Assembly (NCBI GenBank): GCA_964534625.1
Contig: CAZHRF010000012.1
Span: 1-64,000 of the forward strand
Direction: 5' to 3'
Origin: an uncultured archaeon
GTDB taxonomy: Archaea; Asgardarchaeota; Heimdallarchaeia; Heimdallarchaeales; Heimdallarchaeaceae
DNA length: 64,000 nucleotides
Shown here: positions 1 through 10,134 of the stretch, one piece after another
How positions within the stretch are numbered: the stretch's first letter is position 1
Layout of the letters: each line of letters begins with the position of its first letter
Position numbers and translations under genes: made by a program
The notes under the pieces: model-generated
Database searches by the model: none
Told to the model about the DNA's origin: nothing
The model's input: only the letters and a program-made list of their open reading frames with translations

Positions 1-94
1 GTCCTCACCTTGTCTCCCCTCAGTCTAGGTGACTTTTACAACTAGTGAAAAAAAACGGAAACAATGTTTAATCATTAAAAAATATTATTGAAAT

Positions 95-898
95 TTGTAT
101 GTGTTGCTAAATGCTTTAGTCTCAACATATGAGACTTTATTATCACCCCATAAAAAGCCTTATAAAGATTTGTCTTTATATTCCATTGAACAGATTATTT
201 TATTCAAGGTGGAAAATGTGTCGAACAAACTTAATAATGACCAAGAAGAAATACAATCGAAAGAAAAAGTAGAATATCAAGATATAATTACAATTGATGA
301 AATAGACCCTGTCAAAGTTATTAAAGATAAACAAGCACTTGAGTTATTAAATGATTCAAGTTATAACCCTATTTTGGCAGTTCTTAGAAAAGGTCCATTA
401 ACAGTCAAAGATATTGAGAAAAAATATAATGCAATAGCGGATACTAAAAAATCTGATAAAACAATATATAGATATCTAAAAGTATTACAAGAAGCGGGAT
501 TAGTAGTTCCAGCTGGTCAAAGAGTCGTTATTGGTAAGACAGCTACAGAAACACTATTTTCACGAACGGCAGTAGGATTTTTGATGCCATCTGATGCACC
601 TGAACGATGGAATACAGAAAAAGGCATCAAAATTATTGAAAAAATATCCAAACTATTAGCACTCATTTTAAACAAAGAACAACTAGATACACTATGTATA
701 AAGGACTTTATGCTAACTATTGCTAATATCCAAGATGAAGAGATTCAGGGATTATTTAGTTCTAGTGACGAGGCAATAAAACTAATTGAAGATAGTGATT
801 TTAAAGAACTAGGAAGAATTATAACTTGGCTAGGTATATTAATAGCTATAACAAAAAAAGAGAATATCCAAAAAGAACTGCAAAAGTGTATTGAATAA
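95..898 (+). CDS. Winged helix-turn-helix (ArsR-like) transcriptional regulator
   Basis: ILAVLRKGPLTVKDI...TIYRYLKVLQEAGLV wHTH. True start is probably the in-frame GTG at 218, after AGGTGG (SD-like). Confidence 0.8.
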   Translation: MYVLLNALVSTYETLLSPHKKPYKDLSLYSIEQIILFKVENVSNKLNNDQEEIQSKEKVEYQDIITIDEIDPVKVIKDKQALELLNDSSYNPILAVLRKGPLTVKDIEKKYNAIADTKKSDKTIYRYLKVLQEAGLVVPAGQRVVIGKTATETLFSRTAVGFLMPSDAPERWNTEKGIKIIEKISKLLALILNKEQLDTLCIKDFMLTIANIQDEEIQGLFSSSDEAIKLIEDSDFKELGRIITWLGILIAITKKENIQKELQKCIE

Positions 899-1099
899 AT
901 ATATTTCATAGGATTTCTAATATCTTTTAATGCACTCCTGTTTGTTTTTACTGAAATAATCTAACTGTTAAATTTCTTGACTTAATAAGCCCTTTAGATA
1001 GTTAATTTATAATTCTATTTAATTAAGAAATAACACTAATTTAAAACCTAGCAGAGATCAAAAGGAGAGTTTTAAAAAGATTTTGGGTTATTTCAAGTA

Positions 1100-1440
1100 A
1101 CGTGAGTTATAAAAAAAGGAGACATGAGGAGAGTTTTTCTGGTTCTCCTCAAACCAGTTGCTTATTGCACTCTTTGGGTTTTATAGGTGATTCTAATTCC
1201 ATTGCCCTAAAAGATATAATAAGCTAACATAGAATTATTTGTGTCTAATTCTATATCATCAGAACGTTTTTTGGCTTTTCTTTTTTCTTGCCCTTCTATC
1301 TGACTTTTTTTGTAATTGTTTTTAGTCATCATTATCACTGTCTATTGTATTGGTCTGTATTCAATTGCTCTTGCTATTTGTTCTGATCGTTTTAGTTGTT
1401 TCTTTAATTTATCCAGTTCTTTTCTTTCTTTGTTATTCAT
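1100..1440 (-). pseudogene. Possible decayed gene remnant of unknown family
   Basis: Minus strand has GGGGTGA (SD-like), then ATG at 1440 reading MNNKERKELDKLKKQLKRSEQIARAIEYRPIQ*. A coding-like K/E-rich frame continues through several stops. Confidence 0.3.
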
Positions 1441-1796
1441 TTCTTTCACCCCAATCACTTATTCTTATTATTCAAGAATATTCTCTCACAAACATATATA
1501 AATATTTCGAAATGTGGAAAGACCAGATAAAATAATCCAATCACCCCATAATTTATAGAGAACCGCATCCAATGATGTATGAAATAGAAAAAATATTTCA
1601 GGTTCAATGAAATTAAAGAATCCATTAGAGTTGATTCAAAGGAGTGTTAATAGGTAGCAACTTTAAATACCATAGATCAACACTTATGGTTTCACTATGC
1701 ATATATAAAGAGAAGATTTGTTTCACGCAAATCTATTATAAAAACTAATTAGTTTGCATGAAATTTCTGATATATTTGAAATGATACTAGGTACAC

Positions 1797-2825
1797 ATGA
1801 AAAACATATTACTGACTGGAGCTTTTGGTAATGTTGGTCAGCACACAGTAAAACGATTGTCCGAATCTAATCAAGATTACAAAATAAGATGTTTTGACCT
1901 CAAAAACCGAAATAACGAAAAGGTACAAAAATACTTAAGTACCAAATATGACTTCGAAACGGTTTGGGGAGACATTAGAGATGAAACTAAAATCAATCAG
2001 ATTATTAGGGACATTGATTGTATTATTCATCTTGCAGCCATCATTCCGCCATTAGCAGATGAATTGCCCAAATTAGCATACAAAGTGAATGTCGAAGGTT
2101 CAAGAAACCTAATTAAAGCAGCAGAAATCCAAAATCAACCCATTAAATTTATCTTTGCAAGTTCAGTTGCGGTTTTTGGATCAAGAATGCACCTCCCCCC
2201 TCCAAGGACAATAAATGAGAATCCTTCACCATTAAAACATGACAATTATGCAAAACATAAGGTGATAATCGAAGAACAATTAAAAATAAGTAATCTCAAC
2301 TGGACAATATTAAGATTTGCAGTAGTAACCCCATTTGAGATCAGCTGGAATATACCAGCTTTACTCTATGAAGTTCCACTTAATCAGAGAGTAGAGATTT
2401 GCGATACACGTGATGTTGCATTGGCTTGTACCAATGCAATAAATGCACCTACTACTAATAAAACATTGCTTATTGGTGGGGGAAAGGATTGTCAGATGCT
2501 TCAAAAAGAGTATATTGAAAAGATGCTTAATGCAATGGGAATTGGAATGTTACCTGATCGGGCATTTAAAGTACCAACTAACAATAAAGATTGGTTTCAT
2601 CTAGATTGGTTAGACACAATAGAAGCTCAAGAATTATTGAGTTTTCAAGAGCACTCATTTGAAGACTTTGTTAATGATTTTAAGAACAAAATAGGCTGGA
2701 AACGTATTATATTTAAAATTTTTAGCCCCCTAATTAAAGTAATTCTCCTTTCAAAATCACCATATCTAACAAAGAAAATTAAAGAGAAAAAAATAGAAAA
2801 TACATCAGTTTTTCTGATGTCTTGA
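1797..2825 (+). CDS. NAD-dependent epimerase/dehydratase (extended SDR, 3beta-HSD-like)
   Basis: TGAFGNVG, HLAA, ASSVAVFG and YAKHK (YxxxK) motifs. Confidence 0.88.
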   Translation: MKNILLTGAFGNVGQHTVKRLSESNQDYKIRCFDLKNRNNEKVQKYLSTKYDFETVWGDIRDETKINQIIRDIDCIIHLAAIIPPLADELPKLAYKVNVEGSRNLIKAAEIQNQPIKFIFASSVAVFGSRMHLPPPRTINENPSPLKHDNYAKHKVIIEEQLKISNLNWTILRFAVVTPFEISWNIPALLYEVPLNQRVEICDTRDVALACTNAINAPTTNKTLLIGGGKDCQMLQKEYIEKMLNAMGIGMLPDRAFKVPTNNKDWFHLDWLDTIEAQELLSFQEHSFEDFVNDFKNKIGWKRIIFKIFSPLIKVILLSKSPYLTKKIKEKKIENTSVFLMS

Positions 2826-2912
2826 AAACTCAACTGGAAAAAAGAACATAGTAAGGTTTATGAGATTAGAAGCCCGCAAATGCCTATTGAGTTCAAAAAT
2901 GCTTATTTCACG

Positions 2913-3404
2913 CTATTTTTTTCTATCTATTTCATGAATGAGAGCTTTTATTCCATGTAAAGCGACATCTCTTTTAAAATCGGATCTAATTTTTTTATCG
3001 GAGAGATATTTAATGGATTTAACAGTAGAGCCGATTGCTAATCCAATAAATACCAATCCCGTCTCCATATTTGTACTTTTGTCACCAGGTGGTGCGATAC
3101 CTGTAGTTGATAAGCAAATATCGGTGTGAGTAAGATCCTTTGCCCTCTTTGCCATTAGTTCAGCAACGTGTGAAGAATAGACACCATACTTTTGTATGTC
3201 CCTTTCTGCGATACTAAGGATTTCATTCTTGATTTGTTTTGAGTACAATATAAATGAAGCTTTGAAAAATGCTGAACTCCCAGTATAATTGGTTAGTTCA
3301 TTTGCAATAAAACCACCAGTACAAGATTCAGCTGTACTAATTGTATATCCTGTTTTTATTAGAAGTTCTACAAAACTTTGTATTATTTCCCCATAGTTAT
3401 TCAT
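2913..3404 (-). CDS. cinA: CinA C-terminal / NMN deamidase (PncC) family protein
   Basis: STAESCTGG, GSSAFF, STTGIAPPG and GLVFIG motifs. Confidence 0.88.
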   Translation of the reverse strand: MNNYGEIIQSFVELLIKTGYTISTAESCTGGFIANELTNYTGSSAFFKASFILYSKQIKNEILSIAERDIQKYGVYSSHVAELMAKRAKDLTHTDICLSTTGIAPPGDKSTNMETGLVFIGLAIGSTVKSIKYLSDKKIRSDFKRDVALHGIKALIHEIDRKK

Positions 3405-3591
3405 AGGGTAGTACTGTTAATCTATTTTTATGTGTTTCACAATTCATTATCTGAATTTGTTACTATTTTACTAATTTGTTACTATCGAACAAAATAAAAC
3501 GATGAATTAGTTAATTATTACAAAAAGAAATCAACAATAAAACGAGTACAGTAGTAGTAATTATTGTATAAGAGAAAAATAACAAGAATCT

Positions 3592-4713
3592 TCAATAGTC
3601 TTTAATATTCTGCACACTTTTTTCTATTAGTTCATCAAGATTTTCATAGTTTTTCAGCCATTGAACAGTTTTTTTGAAAGCTTCTTCTTTTGAGATAATG
3701 GATTCATAGCCAAAATGTTCTCTTGCTTTATCGCTTACAAAAGTATGATCAACACATGTTTGAATCACAGCAAAACGATTAAAAAAGGATTTGCGAGTTA
3801 TTTTTTCAGATATCCATGCCAATATATATGCCAGACGGTAAGGAATTGAAATCTTAGGTTTGGGTAATCCCAGCTCTTCAAGGAATGGTTCCATAAAAGT
3901 AAAAAGGTTTTCAGCCGGTTGATGATCAGTTATGAAATAACATTCACCAGCTACAGGGGATCCTGGATTAAGGTGTTTGGCGGCTAAGATATGGGCATGT
4001 GCTGCATTTTCACAATAGACATGGCTGAATTTTGCAGAACCATCACCCATTTTTATATTGAATTTCGTTCTTGCGACTTTTATGATTGAAGGTAGATGAT
4101 ATTTATCCTTGGGGCCATATATACCCACAGGACGTAAAGAACAAGTTAATAATCCATTTGTCTCATTTGCTTTTAGTATCTCTTTTTCAGCAATGATTTT
4201 ACTTTTTGAGTATTCGTCATCAGGTAGCGGATCAGGATACGAACAATCAGCTTCACAATCATATATGTTGGGGTCTCTTCCTCTTACGACAACATCCATA
4301 GTTGAAGTATAAATCAGTTTTTTTACTTTTTTCTTTTTACAGCAATCTATAATATTTTTTGTTCCTTCTACATTCACATCATGATAAATATATTTTGGAA
4401 ATTGTGGGTTCCACACAGCTGCTGCAGTATGAAAAACAACATCTATTCCTTCTAAAGCTTTTTCTAGATCAGTAATGTTTCTTATATCACCTACTATTGA
4501 ATCAACATCAGAACAATCTAAAGGTACCAAATCAAGGACTCTAACTTCATGTTTTTGAGTTCTTAGAAGATCAACAATGGCATGACCTAACATGCCTGCA
4601 CCTCCAATAACAAGGCATTTACCCAAACTGTCGTTTTTCCAAGGTGTGGCTAAAGGTTTATTAGTACGTGATTCTTTATAGGAATATTCATTATTTAAAA
4701 TCCGATCATTCAT
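3592..4713 (-). CDS. 3beta-hydroxysteroid dehydrogenase / NSDHL-like extended SDR
   Basis: GGAGMLG, VFHTAA, VNVEGTKN, YTST, YSKSK, LRPVGIYGP and NAAHAHILAA motifs. Confidence 0.85.
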   Translation of the reverse strand: MNDRILNNEYSYKESRTNKPLATPWKNDSLGKCLVIGGAGMLGHAIVDLLRTQKHEVRVLDLVPLDCSDVDSIVGDIRNITDLEKALEGIDVVFHTAAAVWNPQFPKYIYHDVNVEGTKNIIDCCKKKKVKKLIYTSTMDVVVRGRDPNIYDCEADCSYPDPLPDDEYSKSKIIAEKEILKANETNGLLTCSLRPVGIYGPKDKYHLPSIIKVARTKFNIKMGDGSAKFSHVYCENAAHAHILAAKHLNPGSPVAGECYFITDHQPAENLFTFMEPFLEELGLPKPKISIPYRLAYILAWISEKITRKSFFNRFAVIQTCVDHTFVSDKAREHFGYESIISKEEAFKKTVQWLKNYENLDELIEKSVQNIKDY

Positions 4714-4724
4714 AGTTTTTCACT

Positions 4725-4979
4725 TCAGTAATTAATTGATATGGCACTTTCAGGACATTTCTCAACACATTTCATGCAAAGAGTGCATAGAGAAGGATAA
4801 AGCGGAGTAATTCGCCAGATTTGGGGATCATAGGGGTTTTCTTCATTTACATTTTGAGTTTGATGAAGAAGAAAAATAGTTGGATCACAGACTTTCATAC
4901 ACAGAGCACACTCTCGAGGATCTATTTTATTACCATCTCCACAAATAGAGTAGTTTATTGATATCTTGATTTTACCCAT
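4725..4979 (-). CDS. Ferredoxin (4Fe-4S)
   Basis: CALCMKVC and CTLCMKCVEKCP motifs; 11-13 bp gaps to both neighbours. Confidence 0.85.
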   Translation of the reverse strand: MGKIKISINYSICGDGNKIDPRECALCMKVCDPTIFLLHQTQNVNEENPYDPQIWRITPLYPSLCTLCMKCVEKCPESAISINY

Positions 4980-4992
4980 CTAGGCACCTTCA

Positions 4993-5886
4993 TTAATAAT
5001 TTGTTTCCAGACCAACAACACTAGCTCGTGGTTTCAACTGAATAGCATCATGATTGCAAACATGAAGACAAAGACCACAACCGTAACATTTAGACTGATC
5101 AACTAAAACTCTTTTTAAGCTAGGACTATATTTGAGAGCCCCAAATTGACACATCGTCATACATTGACGACAGCCTTGGCAATTATCAGGAGTAATAGAA
5201 ACAACGTATTCAGCTTTAAATATAGATCTAATACCAAAATCAGTACGCGGTCTGATCCCAGCACAGATTGGAGTTTCACAAGAGCACAGATTGTTAATAT
5301 ATGGATAAGGACCATACCATATTGTACCTATATACCCTTTACGATTATGTTCCTTAAAGCGTTCAATGGCTTCCTCACGTGTGAGATGGAATTTATCATT
5401 CTCTGGTATAAAACGAGGCAGTTTTTCAATTATTTCACTCATAACACCAAAATTGATGCAACAAGCATCTTTAACTCCTTTATGCATGAATCTACACATA
5501 CAATACTTTTGAATTATTGGTTCAACTGCACAATGTTCCAAAATAGCTATGGCATCATCAAGGGGAACAACTTGGCCGAAATGACCTTCCGCTTTAAAGG
5601 GGTTTGTAGGAGTTTTTTTACTATGTAACATGTTTTCAGCAAAATGTTTTACAAGTCGACCTATGATAGGGATCTGTAATTTATATCCGAGACCAACAGC
5701 ATTAAATCCTGCTACTTTTCTGATTTGCATCTGTTCGAAATTTTTGTATTGTTCCAATAAAAATTCCTTTAGATCATATTCCTCTACTATCTCATTCGAA
5801 TAATTTTTTGCGTTTAAGTACCACTTTTTTGAGGGACTATCATTATGTTCACTACACCATTTGCACATGTTTGAGTCTTCTCCCAT
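4993..5886 (-). CDS. 4Fe-4S dicluster domain protein with Cys-rich N-terminal region
   Basis: C-terminal CQGCRQCMTMC and CYGCGLCLHVC; additional CKWC, CMC, CC and CSC...C motifs. Confidence 0.85.
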   Translation of the reverse strand: MGEDSNMCKWCSEHNDSPSKKWYLNAKNYSNEIVEEYDLKEFLLEQYKNFEQMQIRKVAGFNAVGLGYKLQIPIIGRLVKHFAENMLHSKKTPTNPFKAEGHFGQVVPLDDAIAILEHCAVEPIIQKYCMCRFMHKGVKDACCINFGVMSEIIEKLPRFIPENDKFHLTREEAIERFKEHNRKGYIGTIWYGPYPYINNLCSCETPICAGIRPRTDFGIRSIFKAEYVVSITPDNCQGCRQCMTMCQFGALKYSPSLKRVLVDQSKCYGCGLCLHVCNHDAIQLKPRASVVGLETNY

Positions 5887-5977
5887 TATAGTTAAAATAG
5901 TGCTATCTTTCTTTTATTTAAAATTTAGGTCAATATAACTATCGTTAATTTTTCAAAACCCTAATATTAAAATAGCA

Positions 5978-6065
5978 AAACATGAAATTAAAAACAAAGA
6001 AGAAAAACAAGAACTAATTAATGCTTTTCTTCGAAGATAACAGAAAAAACAAGCTACTATGTGTA
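5978..6065 (+). repeat. Chimeric direct repeat: 5978-6033 copies 7000-7055 and 6034-6065 copies 7721-7753
   Basis: The 56 bp block matches the helicase CDS interior with 1 mismatch. The adjoining 32 bp block matches the downstream intergenic region with a 1-A indel. Confidence 0.95.
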
Positions 6066-6126
6066 GTTTCCCAATTAGAGAACGAAAAATAAATTAGTAC
6101 TAATAAAAATTTATAGATTTGAGAAC

Positions 6127-7674
6127 ATGACTTCACCTCCTGAATTTCTTGATAAAATCTCTAGTCTTTCTATTGAACACCGGGATTATCAATTAGAAGC
6201 GGTAGAAGAGATAATTGCTAACATATCTGATCACTCAATAGTATTGAATTATCCCTATGGTACTGGCAAGACAGTAGTTACGCTATTGACTTTTTTACGT
6301 TTTAAACTCAACAATCCTAATGCAAAATTTGTTTTTACCTCCGCAAGAGAAGCTTCAGCCTTGCGTTGTCGTCAAGCTCTAGAAATGGCAAAGACGTTTG
6401 GATTTCTGGACGAATTGGGTTACCTCTATGAACCAAAGGGTAAAGGTTTAAGTTGGCGCCAGAAGCTTAAAATGTATCAAGCTTCAACGGCTATTTTTGC
6501 TCCTATTACAAAATTGATGAATGACCGCTTTCAAATCAAAAGGAGAATGAAATATGATATTTTGGATTCTATTGATTTATTTGTCATAGATGAAGCGACA
6601 GATATTGTTGCTCGTTATATGTCGGGTTTCAGATTAAGTAAATTTTTTGACGAACTGTTTAGAGTAAGATCAAAAGGTCAACACTTTCCAATTTTAGCGT
6701 TAACAGGTTCTCGTGATAAAACAAAAACTCAATCAGTAGTTAATTTACTTGGGAAAAATACTCTGCTTATGAGAAGATTTGATCTTGTCCCTTATAAAAC
6801 TAGATCTGAGATTAAGAAAATAAAAAATCAAGACTTTATAAAAATGGATCAGATCATTTCCAATCAATTAAACAAACCAATTGAAACAATTCAAAATATT
6901 TTAGATCCTAATCTTTCAAGACTAGATATTATGAAGTATTCCTACGGTGGAATAGTTGACAGATTATATGCTGTTAATACCTTTCCTGCTTCATTAGGTA
7001 AACATGAAATTAAAAACAAAGAAGAAAAACAAGAACTAATTAATGCCTTTCTTCGTCTTTTCAAACTTTCTCACGCACGACTTCTTTTGTTAGAATCAAC
7101 AATAGGGGAGTTTCTCAATTACATTGAAAAAGAGGAAAATATAGAGTTATTCAAAACTCTACAAAAAGAAAGTATTAATCTTATTAGGCATAGGGTGGAA
7201 CTTCCTTTGTTTGACAATCCCGAGATCACAATAAAAAGAGGACTCTTACAGCCTAAAATTATAACAGCACTTGAGATTATTTATTCGCATGTTTCAGTTG
7301 GAGCACAAGTATTGATATTCACTAGATATTTAGCTTTGGGCAGTCAAATAGCTAATTTATTAAAAAAATTGCACTTTCCTAATGTTAAGTATCTGTCAGG
7401 CAAAGTGCCTGAAGAGTCTAGAAGGATCATTATTAATGAATTTGAACAAGGGGACGCTAGTATATTAGTATTTACACCAGTAGGGGGGAGAGGACTAAAC
7501 TTGGCAGCAGCTGACATCGTGATACATTTAGATATAACATCATCAGTAGATGATATGATACAACGAAGAGAAAGAGCAAGAGGATGTGACGAATTCATCC
7601 TAGTGCTCGAGGGTACAAGCGAAGAAGGTAAAATTGAAGAATATTCAAAATTAATCGAACAACTGAAAGAATAA
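6127..7674 (+). CDS. SF2 helicase, Hef/FANCM-like core with degenerate motifs
   Basis: RDYQ Q-motif, YGTGKT, IDEAT, LALTGS, VLIFT, GGRGLNL and QRRERARG; no C-terminal nuclease domain. Confidence 0.8.
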   Translation: MTSPPEFLDKISSLSIEHRDYQLEAVEEIIANISDHSIVLNYPYGTGKTVVTLLTFLRFKLNNPNAKFVFTSAREASALRCRQALEMAKTFGFLDELGYLYEPKGKGLSWRQKLKMYQASTAIFAPITKLMNDRFQIKRRMKYDILDSIDLFVIDEATDIVARYMSGFRLSKFFDELFRVRSKGQHFPILALTGSRDKTKTQSVVNLLGKNTLLMRRFDLVPYKTRSEIKKIKNQDFIKMDQIISNQLNKPIETIQNILDPNLSRLDIMKYSYGGIVDRLYAVNTFPASLGKHEIKNKEEKQELINAFLRLFKLSHARLLLLESTIGEFLNYIEKEENIELFKTLQKESINLIRHRVELPLFDNPEITIKRGLLQPKIITALEIIYSHVSVGAQVLIFTRYLALGSQIANLLKKLHFPNVKYLSGKVPEESRRIIINEFEQGDASILVFTPVGGRGLNLAAADIVIHLDITSSVDDMIQRRERARGCDEFILVLEGTSEEGKIEEYSKLIEQLKE

Positions 7675-7802
7675 AAACTTGTTCTTCTTAATTAGTTCCA
7701 AAGTCTGTTCAGTTTCATCAAAGATAACAGAAAAAAACAAGCTACTATGTGTAAGATGCCCAGAAAAATCAAATTTATATAGAATTAGTTTAATTTTCGA
7801 AC

Positions 7803-8954
7803 ATGGAAACTGAAAGTACTAAAAAACTCAACCGGATACTTGAAGCCACAAGAGCTGTTCTAGAATTTGATTCCTTTGACAAAACAGCTAAACTAATTTT
7901 TGACAGCTGTAAAGAACTCACGGGTGCCATCTCTGGATATGTGGCTTTATTGAATGAGGATGGATCGGAGAATGAATTACTATTTTTAGATCCGGGGGAT
8001 TTAGTATGTACGGTGGACGAGAACCTTCCCATGCCCATAAGAGGGCTTAGAGAACAAGCATATAAAAACAAAAAAGTAGTTTACGATAACGAGTTTCTTA
8101 ATAGTCAATGGACTAAATTTCTTCCTGAAGGGCATGTTCCAATGAAAAATGTTCTATTTGCCCCCCTAATTATTGAAGGAAAAGCAGAAGGATTGATTGG
8201 ATTAGCTAATAAACCAACTGATTTTACTGATGAAGATGCTAAAACAGTCGCATCATTTGGTGATTTATGCGCCATAGCTTTGAAAAACAGCAGACAATTG
8301 GACATAATAAAAACTAATGCTGAAAAAATAAAATTCATGAATGAAGGACTGAAAAATATTAACAACATTCTTAGGCACGATATTTTAAACATCGTAATGA
8401 GTATTGAAGGTGCTCTTGAACTTTACAACGAAGAAGAGAGAGGGGAGTATATACAAATTATGCTAAGATCGGTTCAGAAAATTAAAACATTAATCCATAG
8501 AATGCGCGAACTAGAGTTTCTAGAATTACAAAATAAACCAGATATATTAATCAATCTCAAATCCATTTGTCATGAGATTGCTGACACTTACAAAAATTAT
8601 GACGTTGAAATAGAAATCTCCGGTGAAGCAACAATATTAGCAGACCACGCATTAGCTTCGGTGATTGATAATTTAATAAATAATGCAGTAAAGCATTCGG
8701 GAACAAAAAAAATAGAGTGCATACTTTCTGAAAATAAAAAACAAGCTGAAATCACCATAAAGGACTATGGGATAGGTTTACCCGAAAACATAAGACAAAA
8801 ACTAGAAAAAAGGGAAAATAAGGTTAAAATAAAAAAACCTTCTGGTTTGGGCTTATTAATTGTTCGAAGCACAATAAAGAGGTATAATGGCAAGATAGTA
8901 GTAAAAACTAATAAACCAAAAGGAACTATTATAAAAATAATGATACCTAAATAA
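7803..8954 (+). CDS. GAF-domain sensor histidine kinase
   Basis: GAF domain (GLIGLANKPTDFTDED), H-box LRHDILN, N-box NLINNAVKH, DYGIG and GLGL. Confidence 0.92.
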   Translation: METESTKKLNRILEATRAVLEFDSFDKTAKLIFDSCKELTGAISGYVALLNEDGSENELLFLDPGDLVCTVDENLPMPIRGLREQAYKNKKVVYDNEFLNSQWTKFLPEGHVPMKNVLFAPLIIEGKAEGLIGLANKPTDFTDEDAKTVASFGDLCAIALKNSRQLDIIKTNAEKIKFMNEGLKNINNILRHDILNIVMSIEGALELYNEEERGEYIQIMLRSVQKIKTLIHRMRELEFLELQNKPDILINLKSICHEIADTYKNYDVEIEISGEATILADHALASVIDNLINNAVKHSGTKKIECILSENKKQAEITIKDYGIGLPENIRQKLEKRENKVKIKKPSGLGLLIVRSTIKRYNGKIVVKTNKPKGTIIKIMIPK

Positions 8955-9060
8955 AATGCGCTTAGAACGATATATTCAGGATCTTAAACGATTTATTTTT
9001 CTATGAAAAAATATTCTTAAAATAATACTTATTAACTCAAATATTACAGTTTAATATAAG

Positions 9061-9483
9061 ATGGCTAAAGAAGATAAAGAGCTTGTTGTTAGAACGGGTA
9101 TATCATTTGACACTAAACTACTAGAAGAATTTGATACATGGTTTAAAAAAGAGGGATTCCCAAACCGCAGCGAGGCGTTAAGGTATATTGTTCGTCAAAA
9201 ATTGTCTGAAGAAAAAATTAAGCATAATCCAGATGAACAAATCATTGGAACATTATCCTACATTTTTGATCATCATGTCCATAATAGTTCTTATGAACTT
9301 ACAAGCATTCAACACAACCATCAAGATTTGATTGTTTCAACTATGCATGTCCACGTTAGTCATGAATTGTGTTTGGAAACAATATTACTCAAAGGAAAAG
9401 TAAAAGATGTACAAAAGTTTACCAACGAACTTCTCACTTTTAAGGGCGTTTTAACAGGTAAGCTATACATTGCAACGATATGA
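9061..9483 (+). CDS. nikR: Nickel-responsive regulator NikR
   Basis: RHH N-terminus (RTGISFD...NRSEALR) and Ni site DHH...QH...HVHVSHELCLE. Confidence 0.93.
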   Translation: MAKEDKELVVRTGISFDTKLLEEFDTWFKKEGFPNRSEALRYIVRQKLSEEKIKHNPDEQIIGTLSYIFDHHVHNSSYELTSIQHNHQDLIVSTMHVHVSHELCLETILLKGKVKDVQKFTNELLTFKGVLTGKLYIATI

Positions 9484-9574
9484 ACTGGCAAATAGTCCAT
9501 TTTTAGAATTAAGATTATTTACATTTAAACTAGGAATTATTGTCAGTAGAAAAAATGATAAAAATAAAAAATTA

Positions 9575-10042
9575 TTAATACTTGGGAGTAACTTCATCAA
9601 TTAAATCTGCCCACGCATCATCCCATGGGTCTATTGTCTCTTTTTCGACAACAAGAGTATAGATTCTTTTTAACAATGCATGGTGTTTTCTTTCATCTGC
9701 ATAAATTGCCTTAACTACAAATTGCTCTTTTTCATCTTCTATCTCATCCATAAAAGATTCATATGTTTCTATTGCTTGTTTTTCTAGCTCTATATGCTCT
9801 TCTATGGCTTTTTTAATTTTATCACGATCTTCAACTTGTATAAATGGCGTGACATCAGAATTAAGAGTAATTAAGGCTTTCAGTAAGATTTGATGTTTTT
9901 GTGAATCAATAGCTATACCACGTATAAGCTCTTGAACCATTTCGTTCTTAAGCGTTTTAACTGAAGCTTCTGCAGCGTCAATTATATCTTGTTCTAACTT
10001 CTTTTGTTTCTCATAAAAGGCTATTTTGTCTTTGCTTTCCAT
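9575..10042 (-). CDS. Ferritin-like / rubrerythrin-fold protein
   Basis: LEQ...DSQKH and LEKQAIETY...DERKHH di-iron-type motifs. Confidence 0.8.
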   Translation of the reverse strand: MESKDKIAFYEKQKKLEQDIIDAAEASVKTLKNEMVQELIRGIAIDSQKHQILLKALITLNSDVTPFIQVEDRDKIKKAIEEHIELEKQAIETYESFMDEIEDEKEQFVVKAIYADERKHHALLKRIYTLVVEKETIDPWDDAWADLIDEVTPKY

Positions 10043-10096
10043 AGGTTTTCACCTTTACTTAGTAACAATAATAATATTCTTCTTTACTCTTTCGAA

Positions 10097-10120
10097 TTAA
10101 CAAATCTTTTAACAAATCTT
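10097..10120. repeat. Perfect 12 bp tandem repeat (TTAACAAATCTT x2)
   Basis: Directly visible, ~55-80 bp upstream of the ferritin-like gene start. Confidence 0.85.
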
Positions 10121-10134
10121 GAAACAAGAAAGAG

